Source: a virus
Reading direction: 5' to 3' (one strand)
Length of the DNA stretch: 41,352 nucleotides
UHGV virus genome: UHGV-0213024
The translations under genes and the position numbers were made by a program. The notes under the pieces are model-generated. The model had not been told where the DNA came from. It saw only the letters and a list, made by a program, of their open reading frames with translations, and searched no databases. Numbering within the stretch: position 1 is the stretch's first letter; every line of letters starts with the position of its first letter. Positions 8,595 to 15,652 of this stretch are shown here, piece by piece.

Positions 8595-8737
8595 GATGCT
8601 TCCTCCTCTAAATTGATTTCATACTCCACTCGGTCGAATTCCGCAGCTTCCCTGCGCCGGCGACGTCTCATTCTCTCCTGTTCGGCTTCGTGCTGCTCAT
8701 ATAGATCCGCTGCATCCGGTATATATCCCATGATCAT
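8591..8737 (-). CDS. Small hypothetical protein (48 aa)
   Basis: Manual translation MIMGYIPDAADLYEQHEAEQER...; ATGA overlaps with both neighbours. Confidence 0.6.
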   Translation of the reverse strand: MIMGYIPDAADLYEQHEAEQERMRRRRRREAAEFDRVEYEINLEEEAS

Positions 8738-8913
8738 TCCCCCCTCATTACCAGAAGAGGTTTTTCAAAGCAGGTTGATTTTTTGATTTCATACACTTCC
8801 CCGACCTTATCATGGTATCCAACATCTGTCGGATCATATCCGGTATCTATAAATACTACATCTGCGTCTTGATCACAGCTCAATAATACCTTCATCATGT
8901 CTCTTACTTTCAC
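8734..8913 (-). CDS. Small hypothetical protein (59 aa)
   Basis: GGAGG RBS plus GTG; MKVRDMMKVLLSCDQDADVVF... Confidence 0.6.
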   Translation of the reverse strand: MKVRDMMKVLLSCDQDADVVFIDTGYDPTDVGYHDKVGEVYEIKKSTCFEKPLLVMRGE

Positions 8914-9013
8914 TTGACTAATCCTCCGATTCTGCCTTATAATTAAGGCGTAATAAGTAATTACTCTACTAATTGATCCCGGCGGAGCCCACCTCCTAAG
9001 GGATCGTTTTTTT
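8914..9013 (+). ncRNA. Putative antisense sRNA unit (promoter plus terminator) against the early operon
   Basis: TTGACT-18-TATAAT (8914-8943), then GATCCC...GGGATC hairpin and T7 (8975-9013). Confidence 0.5.
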
Positions 9014-9169
9014 GCAGCGCTCCTGCGGTATCCGCACGCGCCATCCGGTTTTTGATCGGATTATGTATACCGGAGTACCGATCGCTATGTTGTCTATCCC
9101 GATCACTAGGCCGGTATTGGTACAACCGTCGCTCCCGGTCCAGGTCACGTTGTCCCCTATCTCAATCAT
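8996..9169 (-). CDS. Small hypothetical protein (57 aa)
   Basis: Manual translation MIEIGDNVTWTGSDG...; fills a gap in the operon. Confidence 0.5.
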   Translation of the reverse strand: MIEIGDNVTWTGSDGCTNTGLVIGIDNIAIGTPVYIIRSKTGWRVRIPQERCKKTIP

Positions 9170-9172
9170 CTG

Positions 9173-9307
9173 TCATCGCCCCCAAATCCATCGGTCGCAG
9201 GGTGACTGGTTATTCCTGATGATTCCGGCCTCTCGGCTCAACAGGATATGATATCGACCTGCATGGATGTGTAAGGTTCCATTATTTCGGCTATATCTTA
9301 TTTTCAT
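9173..9307 (-). CDS. Small hypothetical protein (44 aa)
   Basis: AGGAGG RBS before MKIRYSRNNG. Confidence 0.5.
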   Translation of the reverse strand: MKIRYSRNNGTLHIHAGRYHILLSREAGIIRNNQSPCDRWIWGR

Positions 9308-9318
9308 GGCATTTCCTC

Positions 9319-9714
9319 CTATCCTTTCGCCCCGGTTATCACCCGGACGTATACTGTTTTTCGGCCCCACTCAACCGCATCCCTATGCTCGTCCATGTAC
9401 AGATCTATGATCCGACCTTTGATCAGCCGACCGGTGTCCTGGGCCTCATATATGCCCATCCACTCTCCGTCCTCGCCCCATATCATCACCGCACTACCCA
9501 GCGGGATCACGTCGGGATCTACTGCTACTGTGACACCCTCGCGGGGCCATTTGCCGCTTGAAGTAGGATTTCCCGTTTCGCAGTAGGCTGTGCTCTCGAA
9601 CGCCTCCGTATACGGCGGCTGCGGGTCTTGCCCGGCCTGTGCCCGGATTGCTGCGGCCATAATGACAATCATGACAATGGCGATTATGATTCCCCAGCGG
9701 GTACCTTTATCCAT
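9319..9714 (-). CDS. 3D (Asp-Asp-Asp) domain protein with signal peptide/TM
   Basis: STAYC, TVAVDPDVIPLGS, AQDTG, IIDLY; hydrophobic N-terminus. Confidence 0.85.
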   Translation of the reverse strand: MDKGTRWGIIIAIVMIVIMAAAIRAQAGQDPQPPYTEAFESTAYCETGNPTSSGKWPREGVTVAVDPDVIPLGSAVMIWGEDGEWMGIYEAQDTGRLIKGRIIDLYMDEHRDAVEWGRKTVYVRVITGAKG

Positions 9715-10055
9715 TACCACCACTCCTCGCCTTTGTAATTCCACCAGCCCGTACCCGCATACTTAATGCGCAAAATGCCGTCACTATCCCGCTTAATGCC
9801 TTTGATGTCAGACAATGCCCGATCAATATTTTCCTGATGGAGTTCAATCGTTTCCAGCTCTTCCGGGGTTATACTGACACCATGGATAATGATGTCGTTA
9901 TCGCTGGTCCTGGCATCCGGCTTATTGACAGCCGCCAGCCCGGCCAGAGCGCTGATCATTTCTGGCAGATTATTAATAGATTTACTGCTTTGATTTTCCA
10001 GTTCTGTCTGTATCCAGTTACATATCGCTTCGATGGTTTCATCTACTTTTTTCAT
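9714..10055 (-). CDS. Hypothetical protein
   Basis: Co-oriented ORF overlapping the next start. Confidence 0.65.
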   Translation of the reverse strand: MKKVDETIEAICNWIQTELENQSSKSINNLPEMISALAGLAAVNKPDARTSDNDIIIHGVSITPEELETIELHQENIDRALSDIKGIKRDSDGILRIKYAGTGWWNYKGEEWW

Positions 10056-10092
10056 GTTCTCTTTCTCCTCTCAATTTTTCGCATGATCCGGA

Positions 10093-10320
10093 TCATCCGG
10101 CGGATCTCTCGTTTTGACACTCTGCTTCCCCCTCCTGGCACATATCGCCGTACCCGTAGTATTTTTCTTCAAAATATTTCCGGCTGACTTTTGCGGCTAC
10201 AGTGACATAGCCTTTTTCCTTCAACTGGTCATTCAGCTCCCGGATGATCGCAAGGGCTTTGCTGTCTGATACATCCAGGGCTTCCATGATCTCTTTCTTT
10301 TCAATGTAGTACTTGCTCAT
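10093..10320 (-). CDS. Excisionase-like HTH protein
   Basis: EIMEALDVSDSKA..IIRELN..L...GY.T...V...YF pattern; position after the antirepressor. Confidence 0.7.
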   Translation of the reverse strand: MSKYYIEKKEIMEALDVSDSKALAIIRELNDQLKEKGYVTVAAKVSRKYFEEKYYGYGDMCQEGEAECQNERSAG

Positions 10321-10345
10321 CGATCGCCCTCCTTTTCCTCCTGTT

Positions 10346-11161
10346 TTACGCCGCCTCGCGATACACCACAGTGCAGGTCTTCTGATTACCTCTGGAGTCC
10401 ACGTAAGGGATTCTTGTCGGATAATTATTCTCTGCCAGCCACAGTTTTACATCTTCCAATACAGACGGCTTATACTGTGCTGTCACATCGTCATGTCCGT
10501 TCCGGCTAAAGGCCGTGGTTACTATCTCACTGCTCGGGATATGTAGCTTTTTTATAATGGCGCTTACCGCTTGATTATGGGGCTTCCCGGTATTTGAGTA
10601 GATGCCCAGCTCCTTACCGATCTCCGTGCAGTCATACAACTTCGGCATGTTCTCTTTGTCTGTGATAAGCGGAGCCTTGACTTCATATCCGAGATCTGTA
10701 TATAGTCGTTTTACTTCTGCCGCTACAAATACAGGTTCGACTTTCGCCTTCTCCAACGTGCTCATGACGTTCTTCACCATCATATTGACCGAGGATAACG
10801 GCAGGCGATTGCTCTTGTCCTGCTTCTCTTTCTTCGGCACCTCATAGGAGCCGGTCTTGCGAAGGGATGGAAGGACTTCATCAAACACCCAGCCTTCAAA
10901 GCGTTCGGCACTTTCCAGCTTACTGTGGGTAATCAGGCGATACATATCTCCTTCCGGGATATATGAAATGCTCTGAATACCTCCGGATGTAGGGGTGTCG
11001 TGTTTCACGACTCCCTTGCAGTGCCTTGCAATGGCATCCCTGGTATTGCTATAGCCAAGAGCCCTTGCTACATCACTTGCTACAAAATAAATCTTCCCTT
11101 CAACCTCTACTGTCCGTACCTGCCCGAACTCGGCATTGTTAAAAATCTTTAATTCGTTCAT
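10346..11161 (-). CDS. BRO-N domain antirepressor
   Basis: MNELKIFNNAEFGQVRT...FVASDVARALGY...WVFDEVLPSLRKTGSY. Confidence 0.92.
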   Translation of the reverse strand: MNELKIFNNAEFGQVRTVEVEGKIYFVASDVARALGYSNTRDAIARHCKGVVKHDTPTSGGIQSISYIPEGDMYRLITHSKLESAERFEGWVFDEVLPSLRKTGSYEVPKKEKQDKSNRLPLSSVNMMVKNVMSTLEKAKVEPVFVAAEVKRLYTDLGYEVKAPLITDKENMPKLYDCTEIGKELGIYSNTGKPHNQAVSAIIKKLHIPSSEIVTTAFSRNGHDDVTAQYKPSVLEDVKLWLAENNYPTRIPYVDSRGNQKTCTVVYREAA

Positions 11162-11409
11162 GCGCCCTCCTTTCTTGAAACGCGTTTTTGTGAATTTAAT
11201 TCACTATCAGAGGCAAAAAAAATTTTGTCTCTTTCAATTCTGCTAAGACCTAATACCCTCGATAATGCACAAATTTCTGAACCCTTAAAATCACCAGTTT
11301 TCATACGATTATAAAATGTTTCTCGTAGAATTCCAGCTTTTTCAGCAACAAAAGTCACTGAAAGTCCAGAGTCTTCTATGCATTTCTTTAAAGCAATTAC
11401 ATCGGTCAT
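11158..11409 (-). CDS. Cro-like XRE HTH regulator
   Basis: Short HTH divergent from cI; AGGAGG RBS before ATG at 11409. Confidence 0.8.
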   Translation of the reverse strand: MTDVIALKKCIEDSGLSVTFVAEKAGILRETFYNRMKTGDFKGSEICALSRVLGLSRIERDKIFFASDSELNSQKRVSRKEGA

Positions 11410-11423
11410 TTCGCACCTCCTTT

Positions 11424-11513
11424 GTTGATTTACATTCACTATAGCACCGCCGTGAATAATTGTCAACTGTTTTTAACAAAATTGTTGATTTTTTTTCACT
11501 TCTATGATATTAT
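11424..11513. promoter_or_regulatory. Lysis/lysogeny switch: divergent promoters and operators
   Basis: Minus TTGACA-17-TATAGT (11466-11438); plus TTGATT-17-TATTAT (11485-11513); operators GTTGA-N6-TTCAC at 11424-11439, 11452-11467 (inverted), 11484-11499; similar site at 11189-11204. Confidence 0.75.
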
Positions 11514-11538
11514 CACTTTATCGGAAGGTGGTGTCTGC

Positions 11539-12200
11539 ATGCTTGAATTATATAAAAATATTAAACGGTTGCGAGAAGAAAAAGGAATGTCACAAGATGC
11601 GCTAGCTAAACTCACGGGATATACTGATCGTTCCTCTATTACCAAGATAGAAAAGGGCCAAGTTGATTTGCAGCAATCAAAAATAGAATTGTTCGCAAAA
11701 GCACTAGGTACTACTCCAGGTGATTTAATGGGATGGACGGAAGAAACCTATTCTATACCCCATAAATCATATACGGACAGTATTTACACTTATGATAATC
11801 TCTACCCTATCGAATTGAAGAAATTCCCTCTTTTAGGTGAGATAGCATGTGGAGAACCTATCTTTGCTAGTGAGGACAGGGAGTCATACATATAGCTGGA
11901 ACAAACATCAAGGCTGACTTCTGCTTAAAGGCTAAGGGTGATAGCATGATTAACGCTCGAATCTTTGATGGCGATATTGTTTTTATTAGAGAACAGCCTT
12001 CCGTCAATGATGGAGAAATCGCCGCTGTCATTATAGAAGATGAGGCAACGTTAAAGAGAACATATTTTAATCGAGAAAATAATACATTGCAGCTTGTAGC
12101 GGAAAATCCCGCCTACAGACCACTAATATACACAGGAGAATCGTTAAATACAATTCGCATTCTTGGTAAGGCTGTAGCGTTCCAGAGTGATGTTAGATGA
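11539..12200 (+). pseudogene. CI-like repressor (XRE HTH plus S24 peptidase), split by a 1-nt frameshift near 11892
   Basis: HTH and LLGEIACGEP cleavage loop end at TAG 11893-11895; the -1 frame continues IAGTNIKADFCLKAKGDSMINARI...ATLKR...GKAV to 12200. Confidence 0.85.
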
Positions 12201-12274
12201 TTAAATACCTCATGATTCCGGGGTCTGAACATATCATCTGCGTCGGTAAAGTAATAGGAAAGGTAGAAAAATAA
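12197..12274 (+). pseudogene. Remnant C-terminus of a second S24 repressor
   Basis: MIKYLMIPGSEHIICVGKVIGKVEK* resembles the final strands of S24 domains. Confidence 0.45.
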
Positions 12275-12514
12275 ATGAATATTAAGTTCTCGAAACCTGC
12301 TGTAAAATATATTGACTCCACTGATAAACCAACAAAGTTACGCCTAAAGGCTGCTATTGAAAGACTCCCTCTCGGTGATGTCAAGAAACTCCAAGGATTG
12401 CAAAACGATTATCGTTTGAGAGTCGGAGATTTAAGAGTTTTATTTTCTATATCAGGTGATACTATAGTAATAAAAGATATCTTGCCAAGAGGGCAGGCAT
12501 ATAAACGATTATAG
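12275..12514 (+). CDS. RelE/ParE-family toxin
   Basis: I.FSK.A.KY...GDVKKLQG...YRLRVGDLRVLF...I.PRGQAYK. Confidence 0.88.
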   Translation: MNIKFSKPAVKYIDSTDKPTKLRLKAAIERLPLGDVKKLQGLQNDYRLRVGDLRVLFSISGDTIVIKDILPRGQAYKRL

Positions 12515-12525
12515 GAGGTATTGAT

Positions 12526-12717
12526 ATGAGTAAAGAAATGTTACACGGACTAATTGATATGATTCCAGAATCTGACGCTGAAACAATTTATCATGTACTG
12601 CTCAAATTTATTCCTACAGACATTCCGGAAAATGATGAGTTAAAGGCAATTGCATTTGCCGACAGATGCATCCAATCTGAAGGCACTGTATCCATGGATT
12701 CCATCAATTGGGACTAG
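12526..12717 (+). CDS. Putative cognate antitoxin
   Basis: Small acidic protein directly downstream of the toxin, AGGAGG RBS, ends SINWD. Confidence 0.7.
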   Translation: MSKEMLHGLIDMIPESDAETIYHVLLKFIPTDIPENDELKAIAFADRCIQSEGTVSMDSINWD

Positions 12718-12762
12718 ATGGGACACAATTAAATACAAAAATTTTCGCGGAGGCGACGTAAT

Positions 12763-13170
12763 ATGTTATTCCCATTAATCAAAATTAAAGACCTAGCGGT
12801 TTTGAAAAATCGGCCAGAGCGTGTCGTAGGCACGAATACCCATGATTCATTATACATTGACAAGGAGTCCGGGGGGATACAGTATTTAAATCTCCAATGT
12901 TGTGAAGGCACGAAAAAATATGGAAATTCTCCGGTCAGTTACCAATTCTCTGGTGAAAACAATGAGTACTCTCCTTATTGTGAAATAACATTTGTTACTT
13001 TTGAGCAATTATGTGAGGTATATCTGGAGGAAACCCGTAAAGGCTGTGAAGCAGAAAAAGCTATCCGTAATCTTATTAAGGAAACCATTGCCAAGCATGA
13101 ACAAATCATAGAAGAATATAATTTTGATGATGACGATAGGTTTAATCACACAGCCGGAATACTTTTATAA
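12763..13170 (+). CDS. Hypothetical moron protein
   Basis: GGAGG RBS; 135 aa, VVGTNTHDSLY...GGIQYLNLQC. Confidence 0.7.
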   Translation: MLFPLIKIKDLAVLKNRPERVVGTNTHDSLYIDKESGGIQYLNLQCCEGTKKYGNSPVSYQFSGENNEYSPYCEITFVTFEQLCEVYLEETRKGCEAEKAIRNLIKETIAKHEQIIEEYNFDDDDRFNHTAGILL

Positions 13171-13199
13171 AAGAAATCCATATATGTAGTATTATTTTC

Positions 13200-13329
13200 T
13201 TGACAATCGAATATAATATGGGTACAATGAATACGAAAACAAAGCCGTTTACCGGCCGTATAAAAGACAATGTTTTCAGTCAACTGAAAACCGTATTCAT
13301 TAAGACCCTGCAGAAATGTGGGGTCTTTT
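13200..13329 (+). ncRNA. Putative structured small RNA A
   Basis: TTGACA-17-TACAAT (13200-13228); hairpins; GAAA-capped terminator 13302-13329; no RBS/ORF. Confidence 0.6.
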
Positions 13330-13356
13330 ACGTTACACAACAAGATCAAGAATACG

Positions 13357-13455
13357 TTGACAAGACTCGTACATACCGTTATAATGTGGTTAATTAGCGA
13401 ATGACTGCTGTGCGGTCACAAAAGGGTCTTGGGATTGTGCTCCAGGACTCTTTTT
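13357..13455 (+). ncRNA. Putative structured small RNA B
   Basis: Perfect TTGACA-17-TATAAT (13357-13385); hairpin TGACTGC-TGT-GCGGTCA; terminator 13420-13455. Confidence 0.65.
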
Positions 13456-13515
13456 GTATATTGGCGACCATTTTGCCGAGGTCGGAAATATGGTACAGAA
13501 TCTCCGGATTGCATT

Positions 13516-13612
13516 AAAAAAATAAGCTAACCCCAGGGGCAAAGGAATTCTAAGTCTTGCGACCTACTCCCATTCGGGAACCCAGCCATATCCTTCACGA
13601 GTTAACTTATTT
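13516..13612 (-). ncRNA. Putative multi-stem RNA C
   Basis: 14-bp closing stem (13599-13612 with 13520-13533) plus U-tract; inner UUCCC-GAAU-GGGAG and UAGGUC-GCAA-GACUUA hairpins. Confidence 0.6.
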
Positions 13613-13695
13613 ATTATGCTGTCCCGTGTTGCAAGCACCGGACGGCAAAGATACTATTCCAGGCGCACCCGGATATAATACCCAATCCCAAGAGT

Positions 13696-13724
13696 ATTAT
13701 ATCATCCACGGGGACACCTGGCAA
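13696..13724 (-). promoter_or_regulatory. Antisense sigmaA promoter upstream of the integrase
   Basis: TTGCCA-17-TATAAT with extended TG, pointing into RNA C. Confidence 0.65.
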
Positions 13725-13764
13725 TAGGTGTATTTTTTATACCCAAAATCAGGAGGATGATATT

Positions 13765-14826
13765 ATGCCAGCATATCTGGACGAAAAAACAAAAATGTGG
13801 TACTGCAAATTCTATTATCAGGATGCTGCCGGTATCCGGCACCAGAAACTCAAGAGAGGCTTCAAGCTCCAGCGGGAGGCCAAGGCCTGGGAGCGTGAAT
13901 TCCTGGCAAATCAGCGGCTTAATCCGGACATGACTTTCCAGGCCCTATATGACATATATATTGAGGACATGAGCCACCGGCTTAAACCGTCTACATACAA
14001 CGTCCGCAAGCATCAATTTGCCGCCAGGATGTTGCCTTTTTTTAAAGACAAGCCGATCAGTGAGATCAAGCCCGCAGATGTCCGGCGCTGGCAGAACACA
14101 TTGATCTCTGACAATGCCAGCCCGACATACCAAAGGACGCTGCACAGCCAGCTAAGCGCTATTTTTAATTATGCTGTCAAATACTGCGGACTCAAGTCCA
14201 ATCCATGCCGCATTGCTGGGCGCATAGGAAAGCAAAAGGGTGAGAGCATGGACTTCTGGATACCTACAGAGTTTGAGGCCGCTATGAGGCAAATAACGGA
14301 TCCAGAGATACACCTTATACTGGATATGCTATACTTTGGCGGGTTCCGCAGCGGCGAACTACTGGCCCTTACACCGGATGATTTGGATTTTGATTCTGGT
14401 CAGATCAATGTGGACAAGTCCGTCCAACGTATCGGTGGCCAGGACATCGTCACGTCTCCCAAGACAGACAACAGCATCCGGGTGGTCCCTATGCCGCTTT
14501 TTGTGATGCAGGAAGCCCAGGGGTATGTTAATCGCCTGTACGGCATCAGGCGCAAGGACCCGATTTTCCATGTTTCCCGGGACGTACTCCGGGACCGGAT
14601 CGGCAAGGCAGCGGCGGCGGCCGGCGTCAAGAGAATCCGCTTGCACGATACCAGACACTCTCATGTCTCCCTGCTGATCGATCTGGGATTCACCCCGATG
14701 CTGATAGCGGAGCGCATCGGTGATACCGTGGACATGGTCAACAATACATACGGACACCTGTTCCCCAATCGGCACGCAGAGGTGGCAACCAAATTGCAAC
14801 AATTTAAAAAAATAGTATCAAATTAG
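13765..14826 (+). CDS. int: Phage integrase (tyrosine recombinase with Arm DNA-binding and SAM domains)
   Basis: WYCKFYY...KRGFK arm domain; GFRSGE, PKT, LHDTRHS, TYGHL; AGGAGG RBS. Confidence 0.95.
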   Translation: MPAYLDEKTKMWYCKFYYQDAAGIRHQKLKRGFKLQREAKAWEREFLANQRLNPDMTFQALYDIYIEDMSHRLKPSTYNVRKHQFAARMLPFFKDKPISEIKPADVRRWQNTLISDNASPTYQRTLHSQLSAIFNYAVKYCGLKSNPCRIAGRIGKQKGESMDFWIPTEFEAAMRQITDPEIHLILDMLYFGGFRSGELLALTPDDLDFDSGQINVDKSVQRIGGQDIVTSPKTDNSIRVVPMPLFVMQEAQGYVNRLYGIRRKDPIFHVSRDVLRDRIGKAAAAAGVKRIRLHDTRHSHVSLLIDLGFTPMLIAERIGDTVDMVNNTYGHLFPNRHAEVATKLQQFKKIVSN

Positions 14827-15021
14827 TATCACACACTATTCAAAAACCGATTAGCCCGTATTATATATAGGGTTAGTCGGTTTTTGTAAGAACGCATCAT
14901 GAATAACGATATCACATTATTATATTTTTTCTCACGTTTCCTACGTTTTTCGTGTCTTTTCACGCACCAGATACACCATATACACACGTATTCCAATTTT
15001 TTTAGTATCAATTTAGTATCG
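14813..15021. other. attP region
   Basis: Paired arm-type repeats TAGTATCA at 14813/14824 and 15003/15014 (last one TAGTATCG) flanking non-coding DNA directly after int. Confidence 0.7.
14841..14886. terminator. Bidirectional terminator after int
   Basis: CAAAAACCGATTAGCCC ... GGGTTAGTCGGTTTTTG. Confidence 0.75.
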
Positions 15022-15027
15022 CTTATG

Positions 15028-15158
15028 TTGACATTTTCGCATAATTTGCATATACTATAAATGCAGATAGAAATATGCTGTATACCTGTGTAACCGAATT
15101 AACGTTTAAGCGACATGTAATGTCGCCGGCCGCAGGGACCGCCGAAAGGCGGTTTTTT
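15028..15158 (+). ncRNA. Putative structured small RNA D
   Basis: TTGACA-17-TATACT (15028-15056); GAAA-capped hairpin 15061-15083; stem 15085-15136 with GCGACAT/ATGTCGC; terminator ACCGCC-GAAA-GGCGGT plus T-run. Confidence 0.7.
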
Positions 15159-15345
15159 GTTATCAAGGAGAAGTCAAAGCTTTGGGGTGCGAACCGGAGG
15201 ATCTGATATGAAATGCGTAATATATGGATGATGACTGAAAATGTAACGAAAAGGACGTATAAAAGAATCATAGAATGCTGTTTTAATCTTTAGCAACAAT
15301 AAATCATAAAAATATGTACTTTTTTTGAATTTTTATGTGTATAGA

Positions 15346-15374
15346 TTGACTTTTAGTAACATTTAGAATATTAT
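15346..15374 (+). promoter_or_regulatory. sigmaA promoter of the GNAT module
   Basis: TTGACT-17-TATTAT. Confidence 0.5.
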
Positions 15375-15479
15375 AAGAGTGTAAATAAAGCTATGGAATA
15401 ATTATGTTGACTCTGGTTATATTAAATATAAGCAGAGTTAATGTGTCTTTGCTATTTTTAGCGAAAAAGGGGGTTTAAT

Positions 15480-15647
15480 ATGGCAACATCAACATTTAGA
15501 AAACAGTTTGCAGTTCGACCTGATAGAGCAAATGAATTTGTCGCAGAAATGACCAAAACAGTGACTCCCACACTGAAAAGTGGTTTTCGTTCTAATTTGA
15601 AACACGAAAAGGACTTAAGAGAAAATCTTTTAAAGGCGCTTAGATAG
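15480..15647 (+). CDS. Small protein (55 aa), putative antitoxin of the GNAT
   Basis: Manual translation MATSTFRKQFAVRPDRANEFVAEM...; AAGGGGG RBS; ends 5 nt before the GNAT start. Confidence 0.7.
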   Translation: MATSTFRKQFAVRPDRANEFVAEMTKTVTPTLKSGFRSNLKHEKDLRENLLKALR

Positions 15648-15652
15648 TACAA

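Noticed and set aside
11893..11895. Stop-codon reassignment or readthrough of the TAG in cI
   Set aside because: The protease domain continues in a different frame, and TAG terminates other genes normally (int, the PAPS reductase-like gene).
13200..13397. 65-aa ORF MTIEYNMG…
   Set aside because: Its start is the TTG of a -35 box, it has no RBS, and it crosses a terminator and a second promoter; better explained as ncRNA units.
13466..13495. Imperfect palindrome translating as DHFAEVGNMV (DinD/antirepressor-like peptide)
   Set aside because: Single short copy with no ORF; cannot be distinguished from chance or a tiny scar.
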